64,000 nt of DNA from Octopus sinensis (taxonomy: Eukaryota), in the NCBI RefSeq assembly GCF_006345805.1, contig NC_043006.1, positions 38,006,001 through 38,070,000 on the forward strand. Direction: 5' to 3'. Of the stretch, positions 26,187 to 39,250 are shown one piece after another (positions within the stretch are counted from its first letter, which is position 1; every line of letters begins with the position of its first letter). Under the pieces are notes generated by a model that saw only the letters and a program-made list of their open reading frames with translations, did no database searches and was not told where the DNA came from. Both the position numbers and the translations under genes were made by a program.

Positions 26187-26620
26187 AAGGTGGTGACCTG
26201 GCAGAATTGTTAGCATGCTGGACAAAATGCTTAGCAGTATTTCACCCATCACTATGTTCTGAGTTCAAATTCTGCCCAAGTCAACTTTACCATTCATCCT
26301 TTTGGAATTGATAAAATAAGTACCAATTGTGTACTGGGGTTGATGCAATCCATTAGTCCCCATCTGCCAAATTTCAGGCCTTGTGCCTTCAGTGGAAAGG
26401 ATTATTATTATAATTATTATTAAAGCAGTGAGCTGACTGAATCGTTAGCACACTGGGTAAAATGCTTGGCGGTATTTTGCTTGTTCAAATTCTGCCAAGG
26501 TTAACTTAGCCTTTCATCCTTTCAGGGTCGATAAATCAAGTACCAGTGAAACACTGAGGTTGATGTAAGTGATTTATTCCCTCCTCAAAAATGGCTGCCC
26601 TTGTGGCAAAATTTGAAATT
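26187..26620 (+). mobile_element. Two tandem SINE B copies
   Basis: Two heads (AAGGTGGTGACCTGGCAGAA, AAAGCAGTGAGCTGACTGAA) with (ATT)n tails. Confidence 0.85.
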
Positions 26621-27363
26621 ATTATTATTATTATTATTATTGTTATTATTATTATCATTATTATTATTATTATTATTATGGCTTTGAATCACTTATAGCT
26701 GTCCTCACTAAAAATAGGAACATTATCAAATGAAAACAATTTCATTTGATAACAAAAAATATTATGTCGCCTTTTATACGTCAATAACATCTATATACCA
26801 GTCATACACTGCAGTTAATTCGGCCAATTACATCTTTCCATTACAAACATAGACACTGCTATTCTAGCAAGAAAGAAATCAAAGAGAATCTGTTATTTTC
26901 TGAAGGCGGGAAACTAAAAATAAAGACGCCGTCTTCAGATAAAAGTAAAAAATGGCTAAATAATGCAAAAAAAAAAAAAAAAATACGTCCCATGCTTGTT
27001 GGTTATGATTGAAATAAAGGTTGGAAACGCCTCTCTTTTATGGAAGAGAAAGCGATCAGAAATAGCTTTCATTGAAAAGATACAATCCATAAGTATTCTA
27101 TTTTAAGACTCATTATAAATATATTTAGTTTCAATGTGTGTGTGTGTGAGTGTGTATGTGTGTGTGATATACACATACATTGAGTGCATGTATGTGTCTA
27201 TGCATATGTTGTGATATAGACATAGGGACTATATGTATGCGTGTGTGTTTCACAAATGCACCTACATTGATAGTCATATGCATGTATACAGAAATGCATT
27301 TGCATGCAGACATAAACACACACACACATATACAGATATATTCTTGCATATTTATATTCATAT

Positions 27364-27413
<50 letters not shown>

Positions 27414-27467
27414 TCACAACATATACAAATATACATACATATAAATAATACATATATATATTTGTCT

Positions 27468-27499
<32 letters not shown>

Positions 27500-28349
27500 A
27501 ATAGAGAGTAAGAGAGGTGAGAGAGGGAGAGAGAGGAGAGGAATTTAAAATAACTTTTCGTCTGGTTTTCTCTGTAAGCGTTTTTACGTTTTGCAAAACA
27601 TGAATGTTTCTGTATTGCTTAATTCAAGAGGTCACAAGTGTAATTTATTGCTTTCATAGTGTTGAAGAAGGAGAAAAAAAAACAAATAAATAAAAGAAAT
27701 AAAACATAACCTAAAATAAAATTAAAATAAAGTTTAAAGAAATTGGTTAGGAAAAATCCGGAAAGAATAGGGAGAGAGAAAGAAAGAGAGAAAGTTGGAG
27801 TAAAAGAGAGTAAGGTAGAAGGAGAGTAAGGGTGAGTAAGAATAGGAAAGAAAGGGGTGAGAGAGAGAGAAATGAAGATTCTAATTAATAAATAAAGGAA
27901 TAAGATGAATAAAGTTAAGTAAATAAATATTTTCTGTACGTCAATTAAACATGATTATTTTGCAGAGAGACTCCCTGCCACCACCATATTCTCTCTCTTT
28001 CACTCTCTAAAAGTTCTTTGGAAAGAAGTGAATAGAAAAGAATGAATGAAGAGAGGAAGGGAGGAAGAATGGATGGATTGGGTGGATGGATGGATGGATT
28101 GGTGGTTGGTTGGGTGTTATGAAAGTCCAACAAAATGAGATTTCAATGGAAATTCTAGTCTGAATATACAAATGTGTGTGTGTGTGTGTGCGTGTGTGTT
28201 GTAGTGTAGTAAGAAGTTTGTTTTTCAACTACATGGTTCTAGGTTCAGTCCCACAGAGAGGAACCTTGAATAAGTGTCTTTTACTATAGCCTTGGACCAA
28301 TCAAAACCTGGATTTGGTAGATGGAAACTAAAAGAAGCCCATCGTACAT

Positions 28350-28428
<79 letters not shown>

Positions 28429-28431
28429 ATA

Positions 28432-29695
28432 TTGGGTCATCCCATAAATAATGCGTTTTTTTTTATACTTCTTTTATTTTTCAGAATTAAGATAAAGTCC
28501 TTTTTAATCTAAAATATACTCTTCCTTTTCTACGATGCCCTTCCATCTATCTGGTAGACTTGCAAGACCCTTCTTCCAAAACTCACTTGTCTGTGATGAA
28601 AAATACTCCTCCAGTACTGTTCTGGTCTCGTCTACAGAATCCATATTTTTCCATCCAAATGATTTGGAAAACTGCAGAATAAAAGATAATTGGAAGGGAC
28701 AATATCCAACGAATATGGTGGGCAGGGCATCGTTTCCCATTCAAATTGCTCCAGCCTTTCAAATGTCATCCTCGCTGTTTGTGGTTGAGCATTATCCCAA
28801 TAGAAGAACACCTTTCATCTTGAAACCAAAGATGGTTGTTTTTTCTTCTACACTGACTCAAGTCACTCAAACTCCTCATAGTAGAACTCCTTTGTTATCA
28901 TATGGTTTGGTTTAAAAAGTTCAAAGTGGACTGAACCTTTCATATCCCACCAAACAGATAACACCTTATGTGGGTGAAGACCTTTACCCTGGGGTGCCAC
29001 TCTTTTGCCTTTCCCTACCCACAGTTTTGACACTTAACTCATTTCTCATCACCAGTCACTATTTAGTCCCAAAACGGTTCATTCATGAGACATGAGAGCA
29101 AAAGAAGAGCACACATTTATTCTCTGTATGCGGTTAGACTTGGAAAGGTCGTGAGGAACCCATTGACCCAATTTGCTGACTTTTCCGATGACATGCAGGT
29201 GCTGATGAATGGTTGAATGACCAAGTCCAAGCTTCTCTGCTAGTTCCTTAACAATTACAATGGAATTTTATTCCACCAGGGTTTGCAGGACATCCTTGTC
29301 AAGCTCTACAGATCTTCCAGGACGAGGCTACTCTTCTAGGCTCTAGTTTCCAGCTTGGAATTTCTGGAACCACTATTGACATTGGCTTACGTTTATTGTC
29401 CAATCCCTATATACTGCATTAATATTCTTCACACTTTCTGTTGCATTGTTGCCTTTATTGAACTCATAAAGCAAAGTATGCCAAATGTGCTCCTTTGTCA
29501 TTTCCATTATAGCTTTGAAAAAATAACTGTTAAAATCGATCGAACTGCACTCTTCAAAACTTGCACTAAGAATAAGTACAAGGTAAAATTACTACCTGCT
29601 TTTACAGCAAGTTGATGCAGGTAGTTTATCCCGTCCCCCTCCAACTTTTAGTTCATGCAATGGAAAAAAACCACATTATTTATGGGATGACCCAA
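28432..29695 (-). mobile_element. Full-length mariner DNA transposon (inactive)
   Basis: TIRs TTGGGTCATCCCATAAATAATG / CATTATTTATGGGATGACCCAA, TA on both flanks, 1264 bp. Confidence 0.95.
28504..29507 (-). pseudogene. Mariner transposase pseudogene
   Basis: MEMTKEHIWHTLLYEF...WVPHDL...IVTGDEK...DNA...PPYSLDIVPSNY...LPDRWKGIVEKEEYILD*; multiple stops and frameshifts. Confidence 0.93.
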
Positions 29696-30649
29696 TATAT
29701 ATAATAAAGGTCAGGAGAATGGAGATCTTCCATATCTGTCTTTGTCTATATATATGTATGTGATGAAATATTGAAGGATGACCTCAGAATGTTGAGCCTC
29801 TTGGACAAGATGACAAAGGGCTAAGATACCTGGTGCCTTGCTGTACCCATGAAGGCCCCTCCTGCACAGCAGAAGTGTTAAGGTCACATTCCCCTGGTGA
29901 AAAGGATTGACCTGCGTGAGTCCTGTACCAGTGCCACATAAAAAGCATTTATGCTAATGCCACATACAAAGTACTTGTGCTGGTGCCACGTAAAACCGCT
30001 TGTGCCAGTGGTACATTAAAAGCACCCAGCTCACACTGTAAAGTGGTTAACATTAGGAAGGGCATCCAGCCATAGAAACCAAGCAGTGTCAGGTTGGAAC
30101 CTTGGTGCAGCTTCCCAGCTCTAGTCAAACCATCCAGCTCATGCCAGGATGAAAAATGGATGTTAAATGACGCTGCCACCGATGACCACGACGACGATGA
30201 TATATGTGTGTGTATTTGTGTCTGTCCCCCACCACTGCTTGACAACCGATTTTAGTTTGTTAACATCTCTATAACTTGGCAGTTCAGCAAAAGTGATCGA
30301 TAGAATAAGGACCAGACTTAAAAAGATAAACAAATGCTGGGGTTTGCCCCAGCATGGTCACAGTCTAATTACTGAAACATGTAAGAGATAAAAGATACGG
30401 TTCTGTGATTAAGAAGTTCATCTTGCAACTGCGTGGTTTCAGGTTCAATTTCACTGCAAGTCACTTTGAGGGAGTGTTTTCTATTTTAACCTCAGGTTGA
30501 CCAAAGTCTTTTGAATGGTGAAAATTTGGAAAATGGAAAGTGAGTAGGTAGTAGACGCCCATACAACATTGATTTTTCAAGAATCTTTGCTTCCAAAGCC
30601 TTTGAAGGTGACTGATTTTTTGGTCAACATGTTCTAAATTAACCAAATA

Positions 30650-31047
30650 TTTTCTACTCTAGGCAAAAGGACAAAAATTTGGGGGGAGGGGACCAGTCGA
30701 TTAGATTGACTCCCCAATACACAACTGGTACTTAATTTATCAACCCTGAAAGGATGAAAGGCAAAGTCGACCTCGGTAGAATTTGAACTCAGAATATAAA
30801 GAGACGAAATACCTATTTCTTTACTACCCACAAGGGGCTAAACACAGAGAGGACAAACAAGGACAGACAAACGGATTAAGTCGATTATATCGACCCCAGT
30901 GCGTAACTGGTACTTATTTAATCGACCCTGAAAGGATGAAAGGCAAAGTCGACCTCGGCAGAATTTGAACTCAGAATGTAAAGACAGACGAAATACCGCT
31001 AAGCATTTCGCCCAGTGTGCTAACGTGTCTGCCAGCTTGCCACCTTA
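30650..31047 (-). mobile_element. SINE B with duplicated body; an oppositely oriented copy follows at 31088-31275
   Basis: Reverse complement of family B. Confidence 0.85.
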
Positions 31048-33099
31048 AATTAAATATAAAAAATTTACTTCAATAGTTAATTGAAATAAGGCAGCAAGCT
31101 AGCAGAATCAGCATATGGAGCAAAATGCTTAATGGCATTTCATGTGTTTTTATGTTCTGGGTTCAAATTCTGCTGAGGTCAACTTTGCCTTTCATCCTTT
31201 TGGGGTTGATAGGATAAGCACAGGCTGGTGTAATCAACCCTGAAGTTGCTGGCCTTGTACAAAGATTTAAGACCAATAATCAAGTGAAATACAGGTACCT
31301 GCAGATTAGTGTAAATTAGTGCTGATTATAAAACGTTTTGGATTATCAGTATCCAGAACTTCTTATATTTTAACACCCCCACCACTAGGGCATTTAGTAC
31401 TTCACTCACAAGGCACTGGTCAGGTCAGTACTATAAAAAAAAATATTTACCCAAGGTGCCATGAAGTGGGACTGAACCTGAAACCATGTGGATGCAAAGC
31501 AAGCTTCTTAACCACACAACCATAAAAGTTTCCTTGCTGGCACATCTGTATGCGTGTTTTCATGTGAAGAAATGACAGCATTTTCTAAGTTAATATGTCA
31601 TATTTAATAGTGTTTTGACAGCTTTTCCAGGAATAAGTAAGAGATCTCCATTTTTCACAGCTTCCTAACTTGGTTGTCCATGCGTGTGAAGAAAGCAGAA
31701 TCAACCATATTTTGTTAACTGTTACACATCTAATGGTGTTTGGATGCTTTTCTTTGCTTTCACCATTTTTCCACTTGGGAAGCTGGCATGACGGGAAAGC
31801 GGTGTGGACAACTGTTTGACAGAAAATACTTTACAAGTAAGTGTTGTGTGGATTATGTATGAGATGGGGGCTTTTCTCGTGAGGACACGTGTAATGGACA
31901 ATACTTGTTAACTACAAGAAAGTAAATATTCATCATCATCATTGTTTAATGTCCGTTTTCCATGCTGGCATAGCTTCGATGGTTTGACTGAAGTCTGGAG
32001 AGCCAGCGGCAGCACCAGGCTCCAATCTGATCTGGCAATGTTTCACAAATGGATGTCCTTCCTAACGCCAACGACTCAAATAGTGTAGTGGGTGCTTTTT
32101 ACATGCCACTGGCACAGGAGCCAATCAGGTGATTCAACAAAAGAAAATGATAGGATAATACTAGACTTAAAAAAAAGTACTGGGGTTGATTTCTTTGACT
32201 AAAAACCTCAAGGCAGTGACCCAGCATGACCTCAGATCTATGTTTGAAATGAGAAAATTATAAAAGAAGTTATTCTGTAAATTCTTTATTTGTTTCCATA
32301 TGATATGGTTATACCTTGAGCAAGAAATTTTGGTATTTCACCATTACATGCTGCATAAGCACCAGGAAAAAAACTGACCTAACATCATTGCTGCATGACA
32401 TGCACTATATCAAATTACTGATTCCTTAGACAAAAGGATAGCCTTTCTGAGAGGGAGTAGCTTATGGGAGAGTCTCCATGGTAATGGTGAGAACATTCAC
32501 CATTTTTATCTTTTATTCATTTCAACCATTTGACTGCTGCCATGCTGGGGCACCACATTGGAGAATTTTTTTGTCAAATGAATCGCCCAGATTACTTATA
32601 TATTCCTAATCTGAGTATTCCTAATTTTGTGGGCTTGTAGATGCTGGTGCAACATAAAAAAAGCACCTGTACAGGTGCCATGTAAACGCACTTGTGCATC
32701 CAGTACACTCTGTAAATTGGTTGATGTTAGGAAGGGCATCCAGCTGCAAAAACCATGCCAAAATTTTGCTTGCTAGTTCCTGTAAAAACTGTCTAACCCA
32801 TGCCATCATAAAAAAAGGGACATTAAATGATGATGATGATGGTGATATTCCATCCAAATATCAATAGTTCTAAACTACTTCCAGTAAAGCATGTGATGGC
32901 TGCACAAATCTGGAAGGTAGTCAAATAGTTTGAAGTTAGTTGATCCAATGCTAGCTGCCTGACTTGTCCCAGGTAAGACTTTAAACTGCATCCTGGAACC
33001 ACCTCTTACCTACCATTGTACCCAGGTCGACTCTGACCAGGAGTAGTAGCACCTGTTAGGGGTTAACTAGCATGTCTACCACCTACTTTAACTCCAGGT

Positions 33100-33520
33100 T
33101 ACATCTACTCTGATAATCAGCAGTGATGCCATCAGTGAATCTTCTGTGACAGTCGGCAATCAGTGGCAATTTGAGCGGCTATGGATTACACTATCCCAAA
33201 GTGTGTATGCATGTGACCAGGGACCACATGTGGACTTGTATTCTCACTGAGACTCCAGACATGACCTCTACACCTCAACAATGAATGATGGCTATGGTTA
33301 TGGTGTCCAAGCTACCCGACATGCTTGCCCTCCCAGTGGGGCATTTGTCAAATTTGCAAGTTGGATTATTGGGCTGCAGACAGAAGCATTACTTTGCCTG
33401 CTGGAACATAAGCGCTGACCATCAGATGTGGTCAGCGTTCATGAGGGACGTGGTGAACTCGTTGGTCAGAGCCGGCTCAACCAACACCAGATGAATGTCA
33501 CCACAAGTCCAAGTACAAGT
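33100..33520 (+). mobile_element. Degenerate RTE-clade LINE 3' end
   Basis: ...WSAFMRDVVNSLVRAGST..* followed by a CAAGTCCAAGTACAAG tail, as I recall for RTE 3' ends. Confidence 0.55.
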
Positions 33521-34109
33521 TGCATGACTCACTAAAAAATCTGAAATTTATAAATCTAAATCTAATCATCACTTTACAGCTGGTCTTAGGTTTTCAGCAT
33601 ATACTGAACTAATTGGTTTCCAATTGTTTCCTAATTATTTCAGCTGTTATATGATTATTTATGACCACTGATTGGTAGTTAGTTTCCCCATTATTCAAAT
33701 ATCCTTTAGCATTCAATTATTAATGAAGCTCATCAACTTCATATTTAGGATGCTATATTGATTAGCATGGGATTTGTGTGAATCCATGCAAGGAGTGATA
33801 ACTAGCTTGACAAGAATAAATTCAGTGCCATTCGCACTGTATTCCCAGACGTGGCTGTGCAGGCACAGACATGGTTGTACGGTTAAGAAGCTTGCTCTCA
33901 CACCATGTGGTCTCAGGTTCAGTTGTACAGCACAGCATCTTGAGTCTTCCAGTACAGTTGCTGAGTGGATCAAAACCCTGTGAATGGATTTGGCACATAA
34001 GAACTGAAAGAACACCATCATCTGTAACCTCTCCTCTGACAGTATTCCCCTCTCCATTCCTGAGAATAATCCCCACAATGCACTACCACGTAACAGCCAT
34101 CCTGGGACC

Positions 34110-34571
34110 ATATGCCCTCTACAAATCCATTGCAGAAGACCTAATGTAATTTATAAATGCACCATCCTCAACACATTACACAACTCTACAATCATATATA
34201 TATATATAGGATCAACTATAAATTTTAAACAGTGATACGCTGTGCATCTCAATTCTTTTATATATGAGAAACACAGAAAATCCACAACACTCACCAGTCA
34301 CATACATCATCTCAAAAATAGAAATATTCCCTACATCTTGTCATGGTCCATAATAGATTCAGGGCTTCCATACCAAGGTCAACACTCAGCCTGTAAGTTA
34401 TGCCTAAATGAAGCATTCCACATATTAAAACACAAATCTTCAATACAACTAAATAAATATAACAAGGTCCTAGGTACATGCAACCACCACTATTTCCATA
34501 CCTTCAAATTTTACCACAAATCAAAATGCAACCGAAATAACCACACAGCATATATCCTCAACACCCCTTAG
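34110..34571 (+). pseudogene. PLE GIY-YIG endonuclease domain
   Basis: CPLQIHCRRPNVIYKC...YIGSTINFKQ*YAVHLNSF...STTLTSHIHHLK...WSII...CKLCLNEAFHIL...LNK...CNH. Single TGA (34233) at the position of the conserved Arg. Confidence 0.88.
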
Positions 34572-35650
34572 GTAATCCCCAACAATATTTGATTGTTTAA
34601 TACAATACATATGGGCATGCATATACATACATATGCGGATGTATATGTATATATGTGTGTGTACATGTGCATGTATGTGTGTATATGTGAGCAGGTGTAT
34701 GCATATATGCATCTATGGGTACACATGTGTGCATGTGTGTATGTATGTATATGTATGTTTGTATATGCATGTGTATACATGCATGCATATGTGTGTATAT
34801 GTATGTGCATGTATATGTTTGTGTGTATGTGTATATATATATATGCATGCATGCATACACACACACATATAAGTGCAGGTGTACGTGCATATATAGATAT
34901 ATACACTTCTTTCTTTCTTTCTCTCTGATTCCTCTACCCACACTATCACATTTGCTAGTAGAATAAACACAAGTCTATTTATAGAAACTTGACCATTCTT
35001 AGTATTCTTCCCTTCCAATTTGTGGTTTACTACTCACTTTAGAACCCACCTCCTATACCTTTTCTGTACCCATCCATTAATGCCATTTTAACATATCACC
35101 CCTCCTCACACATATTCATTACTGACATTCTTATCTCTTCCTACCCCTCCCTACAATCTCCCATCACCCCTCGTAATATCTTGACCAACAACTAATAGTC
35201 CTTTTTTCACTTTTTCTTTCACTTCCTTACATTTTCTTTCCTTCTTTTCTCACCTTTTCCTTTGACCTCTCTCTTCATTTTAACATAGACATCTCTTCCT
35301 GCTCTCTATCCACTTAATACAACCACTACATTCTCAAATTTTCATTCATACCACAAGATTCCTTTCAATGAACAGCAAATGGAATCTATGTCTTCACACT
35401 TTCCATTTGTGATGACAAAATATGAACTCCTATTGGAATTTACATACCACAGACAGGAAGCATTCCTACCACTTCTACACACCACTTCCCTTGGATAATG
35501 AAACTGCAACTATAACATCTTTATACATTTTTATTTTTATTTCTACATTCATTCTCCTGTTTCCCTATATACTCCTTATTTGCTTCCTTTTCCAAAATAA
35601 CCTCTCATATTGAACTCTAATATTTCGTTCTATTTAACCATCTCACATCA

Positions 35651-35696
35651 TCTCTGATGAAGGGATATCCCTAATATCCCAGAAACAGCTGTAAGA
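35651..35696 (+). ncRNA. Minimal hammerhead at PLE 3' end (A.A at base of stem II)
   Basis: TCT-CTGATGA-A-GGGATAT[CCCTA]ATATCCC-A-GAAA-CAGCTG-TA-AGA. Confidence 0.8.
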
Positions 35697-35784
35697 CTAA
35701 CTTTCTTTTTATAAATGTCCTGAAAATTCCAGTCTTAGCTTTGTTCTCCCATTTTATTTAACACACACACACACACACATATAT

Positions 35785-36165
35785 AGGTGCAGGAGTGGCT
35801 ATGTGGTTGCTTCCCAACCATATGGTTCCAAATTCAGTTCCACTGTATGGCACCTTGGGCAAATGTCTTCTACTATAGCCTCGGGATGGCCAAAGCCTTG
35901 TGAGTGGTTTTGGTAGATGGAAACTGAGAGAATCCCATCATATATATATGTATATAATTCTCTCTGTGTGTCTGTGTTTGTCCCCGACTACATCAATTGA
36001 CAACCAATGTTGGTGTGTTTACATCTCCGTAATTTAGTGGTTCATCAAAAGTGACTGACAGAATAAGTACTAGGCTTACAAAGAATAAGTCCTGGGATCG
36101 ATTTGTTCTACTAAAGGTAATGCTCCAGCATGGCCACAGTCAAATGACTGAAGCAAGTAAAAGAA
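35785..36165 (+). mobile_element. SINE family A
   Basis: Full head-core-tail. Confidence 0.9.
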
Positions 36166-36705
36166 TGAAACAAAAAAAGAATATAGGTATGTATACGTGT
36201 GCGTGTGTGACTGTGTGCATGTACACCCATGTTTAGACATCAAGCAATGATTGCAAACAAACATCATTGTCACACATGGGATGTTGTTCATTTGCAGCCT
36301 TCTGACCATGGGGAAATATTACTTTGCTTGGAAACAGCTAAGGGCTGGCAACAGGACAGACATCCAACCTTAAAAATAAATCTACATCAACAAATTCAAT
36401 CTCACCCATGGAAAAGTGGACAGATGATGATGATGATGATGAAGATAAGGAGGATGATATAAAGAATAAAAAGCAACTGTATATTCCAATGCCATACTTA
36501 GGCTTTTCAGTAGAATATTTTATCAAGCTTACTTCGTCATCACTGATTAATGCCCACTTTCCCATGCTTGCATGGGTCAAGTGGAATTTGCTGAGGCAGG
36601 TTTTCTATGGCTGGATGCTCTTCCTGTCACTAACCCTCAACTGCTTCCAAGTAAGGTAATACTTCCCCAAAGCTAGACATGGTTTTTGCAGAAGACTCTT
36701 TTTTG

Positions 36706-36917
36706 CTTTTTACTTGTTTTCAGTCATTTGACTGCAGCCATGCTGGAGCACCGCCTTTAGTCAAAGGAATCGACCCCAGGACTTATTCTTTGTAAGCCAA
36801 GTACTTATTCCATTGGTCTCTTTTGCTGAACCACTAAGCTACGGGGACGTAAATACACCAGCATCGGTTATCAAGCGATGTGGAGGGGCAAACACAGACA
36901 CACAAACATATACACAC

Positions 36918-36975
<58 letters not shown>

Positions 36976-37137
36976 CGAGCTTCTTTCAGTTTCCGTTTAC
37001 CAAATCCACTCACAAGGCTTTAGTCGGCCCGAAGCTATAATAGAAGACACTTGCCCAAGATGTCACATAGAGGGACTGAACCTGGAACTATGTTGTTGGT
37101 AAGCAAGCTACTTACCACACAGCCACTCCTGTGCCTA
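36706..37137 (-). mobile_element. SINE family A
   Basis: Full reverse-complement copy, inserted in a family F element. Confidence 0.9.
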
Positions 37138-38689
37138 TAAGATTGTAAATAATCACCCATGCTTGTATGATGGTGATGCTCATTTACAACCGTCACATGA
37201 TGTCAAGAAAAGGACACACACACACACACATGCATGCAAGCATATGTATATACATACATATATATGATGAGATTCTTTTTGTTTTCATCAATGAAATCCA
37301 CTCACAAGTCTCTGGGAAGCCAAGATGCTTCAAAGTGGAATTGAACCTGGGACTACATGTCTAGGAAGCAAGCTTGTTAACCACACAGCCATGCTATGTG
37401 GCTAACATTCATTAGCTAATTCGTAATTCAGTTAATTAAAACTGCTTTATCATAAAGTAACGAGTTAATAATGCAAGTACTCGGATGGCAAGAATGGATG
37501 ATCAGATATTAGCTGAAGGTGTTAAACAATCAAATGATGAGGAAGGAATACTTCCTCCATTGCTATGATAAACTAATGAAACAAAATGAAATGTAAGAAG
37601 GCGGAAATTTAATTATGAAATTCAAATACGAAACTGTAAAATCAGAAACCTATACTCCATGTAGTCGGAAATGTGGAAGATATATAGTTAAGGGGCTAAT
37701 ACCCACTGAAATGAAATTTAAAAACAAAACACAATACACAAATATAACGCTAGAGCTTAAAGGTGAAGAATCTTTAAGATTTAGAGGAAAAAGAAGAATA
37801 AAATTAGAAGATGAAATTATATAGGAAAGAGGAAGTAAAGGAATAAAACCATCCAACTAATGAGTAATTCATTTGAATATTGAGAATCATACCTTACAGT
37901 TAAATATAACTCATGAATAATATATACACATGTATCTTCATCATCATCGTTTAACATCCGTTTTCCATGCTAGCATGAGTTGGATGATTTGACTGAGGTC
38001 TGGTGAACCAGATGGCTGCACCAGACTCCAATCTGATCTGGCAGAGTTTCTACAGCTGGATGCCCTCCCTGATGTATATATACACATGTAAACACATATA
38101 TACACATATAAACACATACATGCCCTCCCTGATGTATATATACACATGTAAACACACACATGCCAGCGCTTTCTTCACCGTTGATACATACATATATGTA
38201 TGCATTATCATCATCATCATCTTTTTAGTTTCTGCTTTTCCATGATTGCATGGGTCAGACAGATATGCTACGGAGGCAGGCTCTTTACGGCTGGATGTCC
38301 TTCCTGCTGCTGACCCTTGCTTGGAAATATTTTCCCCCTGGATCCACATGTTTCTGCAGGATGTTGGAAATGGATGACACTGCTTGTATGACAGTGACTT
38401 TCATTTTACGACTATCAGACAATGCCAAGACAAGGACACACACATACACACACATGACAAGCTTCTTTCAGTTTCTGTCGACCAAATATTTTTACATGGC
38501 TTCAGTTGGCCAGGGGCTATAATTTAAGACACTCACCCAATGTGACATGCAGTGGGACTGAACCAGAAACCATGTGGTTGGAAACCACCCTTCTTAACCA
38601 CACAGCCACTTCTGTACATAAGTGTACACATACACAACTCACAGATGCATATGTGTGTAGTAGCAGTGGTTACAGAAACTGTAGTAGTA

Positions 38690-39250
38690 TTGGAGGTAGT
38701 AGTAGTAAGTAGTAGTATTTGATGGTGGTGGTAGTGGTGTAAAGAAAGTTGTGGTGGTAACATTAGTGAGTGTGGTATCATAAAACGTATTATGTTGACG
38801 GTTGTTATTGTAATAGTAGTGGTAGAGGTGGTGGTGTAAAGAAGGATGTAGTGTAGCAGTAATGGGGTGGGTGTTAACAGAAAAACTACTGCAGTGTGGT
38901 GGTAGTCTTGGTAGTAGTAGCAAAAAAGAAAGAGGGCAGTGGTGGTAGTAGTAGTAATGGTGGTGGGGTGGTGGTGCTAGTAGTAGTGGTGGTGGTGGTA
39001 GTAGTAGTAGTAGTAGTAATGGTAGTGGTGGTGCTAGTAGTAGTAGTAATGGTGGTGGTGGTGATAGTAGTAGTGCTAGTGATGGTGGTGGTGGTAGTAG
39101 TAGTAATGGTAGTGGTGGGGGTAATAGTAGTAGTAGTAATGGTGGTGATAGTAGTAGTGCTAGTAATGGTGGTGGTGGTAGTAGTAGTAATGGTAGTGGA
39201 GGGGCTAGTAGTAGTAGTAGTAATGGTGGTAATAGTGGTGGTGCTAGTAG
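38690..39250. repeat. (GTA)/(GTG) compound microsatellite
   Basis: Direct reading; source of the poly-T and poly-V ORFs. Confidence 0.9.

Larger units (their letters stand above)
34030..35760 (+). mobile_element. Penelope-like element 3' portion
   Basis: GIY-YIG domain, pyrimidine-rich 3' region and terminal hammerhead, all in the same orientation. Confidence 0.75.

Noticed and set aside
26897-26942. CTGAAGA...GAAA on the minus strand
   Set aside because: The CTGAAG itself pairs in a simple hairpin; no stem III or cleavage triplet.
28432-29695. Active or domesticated mariner
   Set aside because: Many stops and frameshifts; third catalytic Asp position reads Asn.
31661-31836. Plus-strand AG...GTAAGT bounded segment
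   Set aside because: Stops in all three frames; could be a non-coding exon but unsupported.
37530-37560. ATGATGA-GGAAG/CTTCC hairpin resembling hammerhead stem II
   Set aside because: No C3, and no GAAA after the hairpin.
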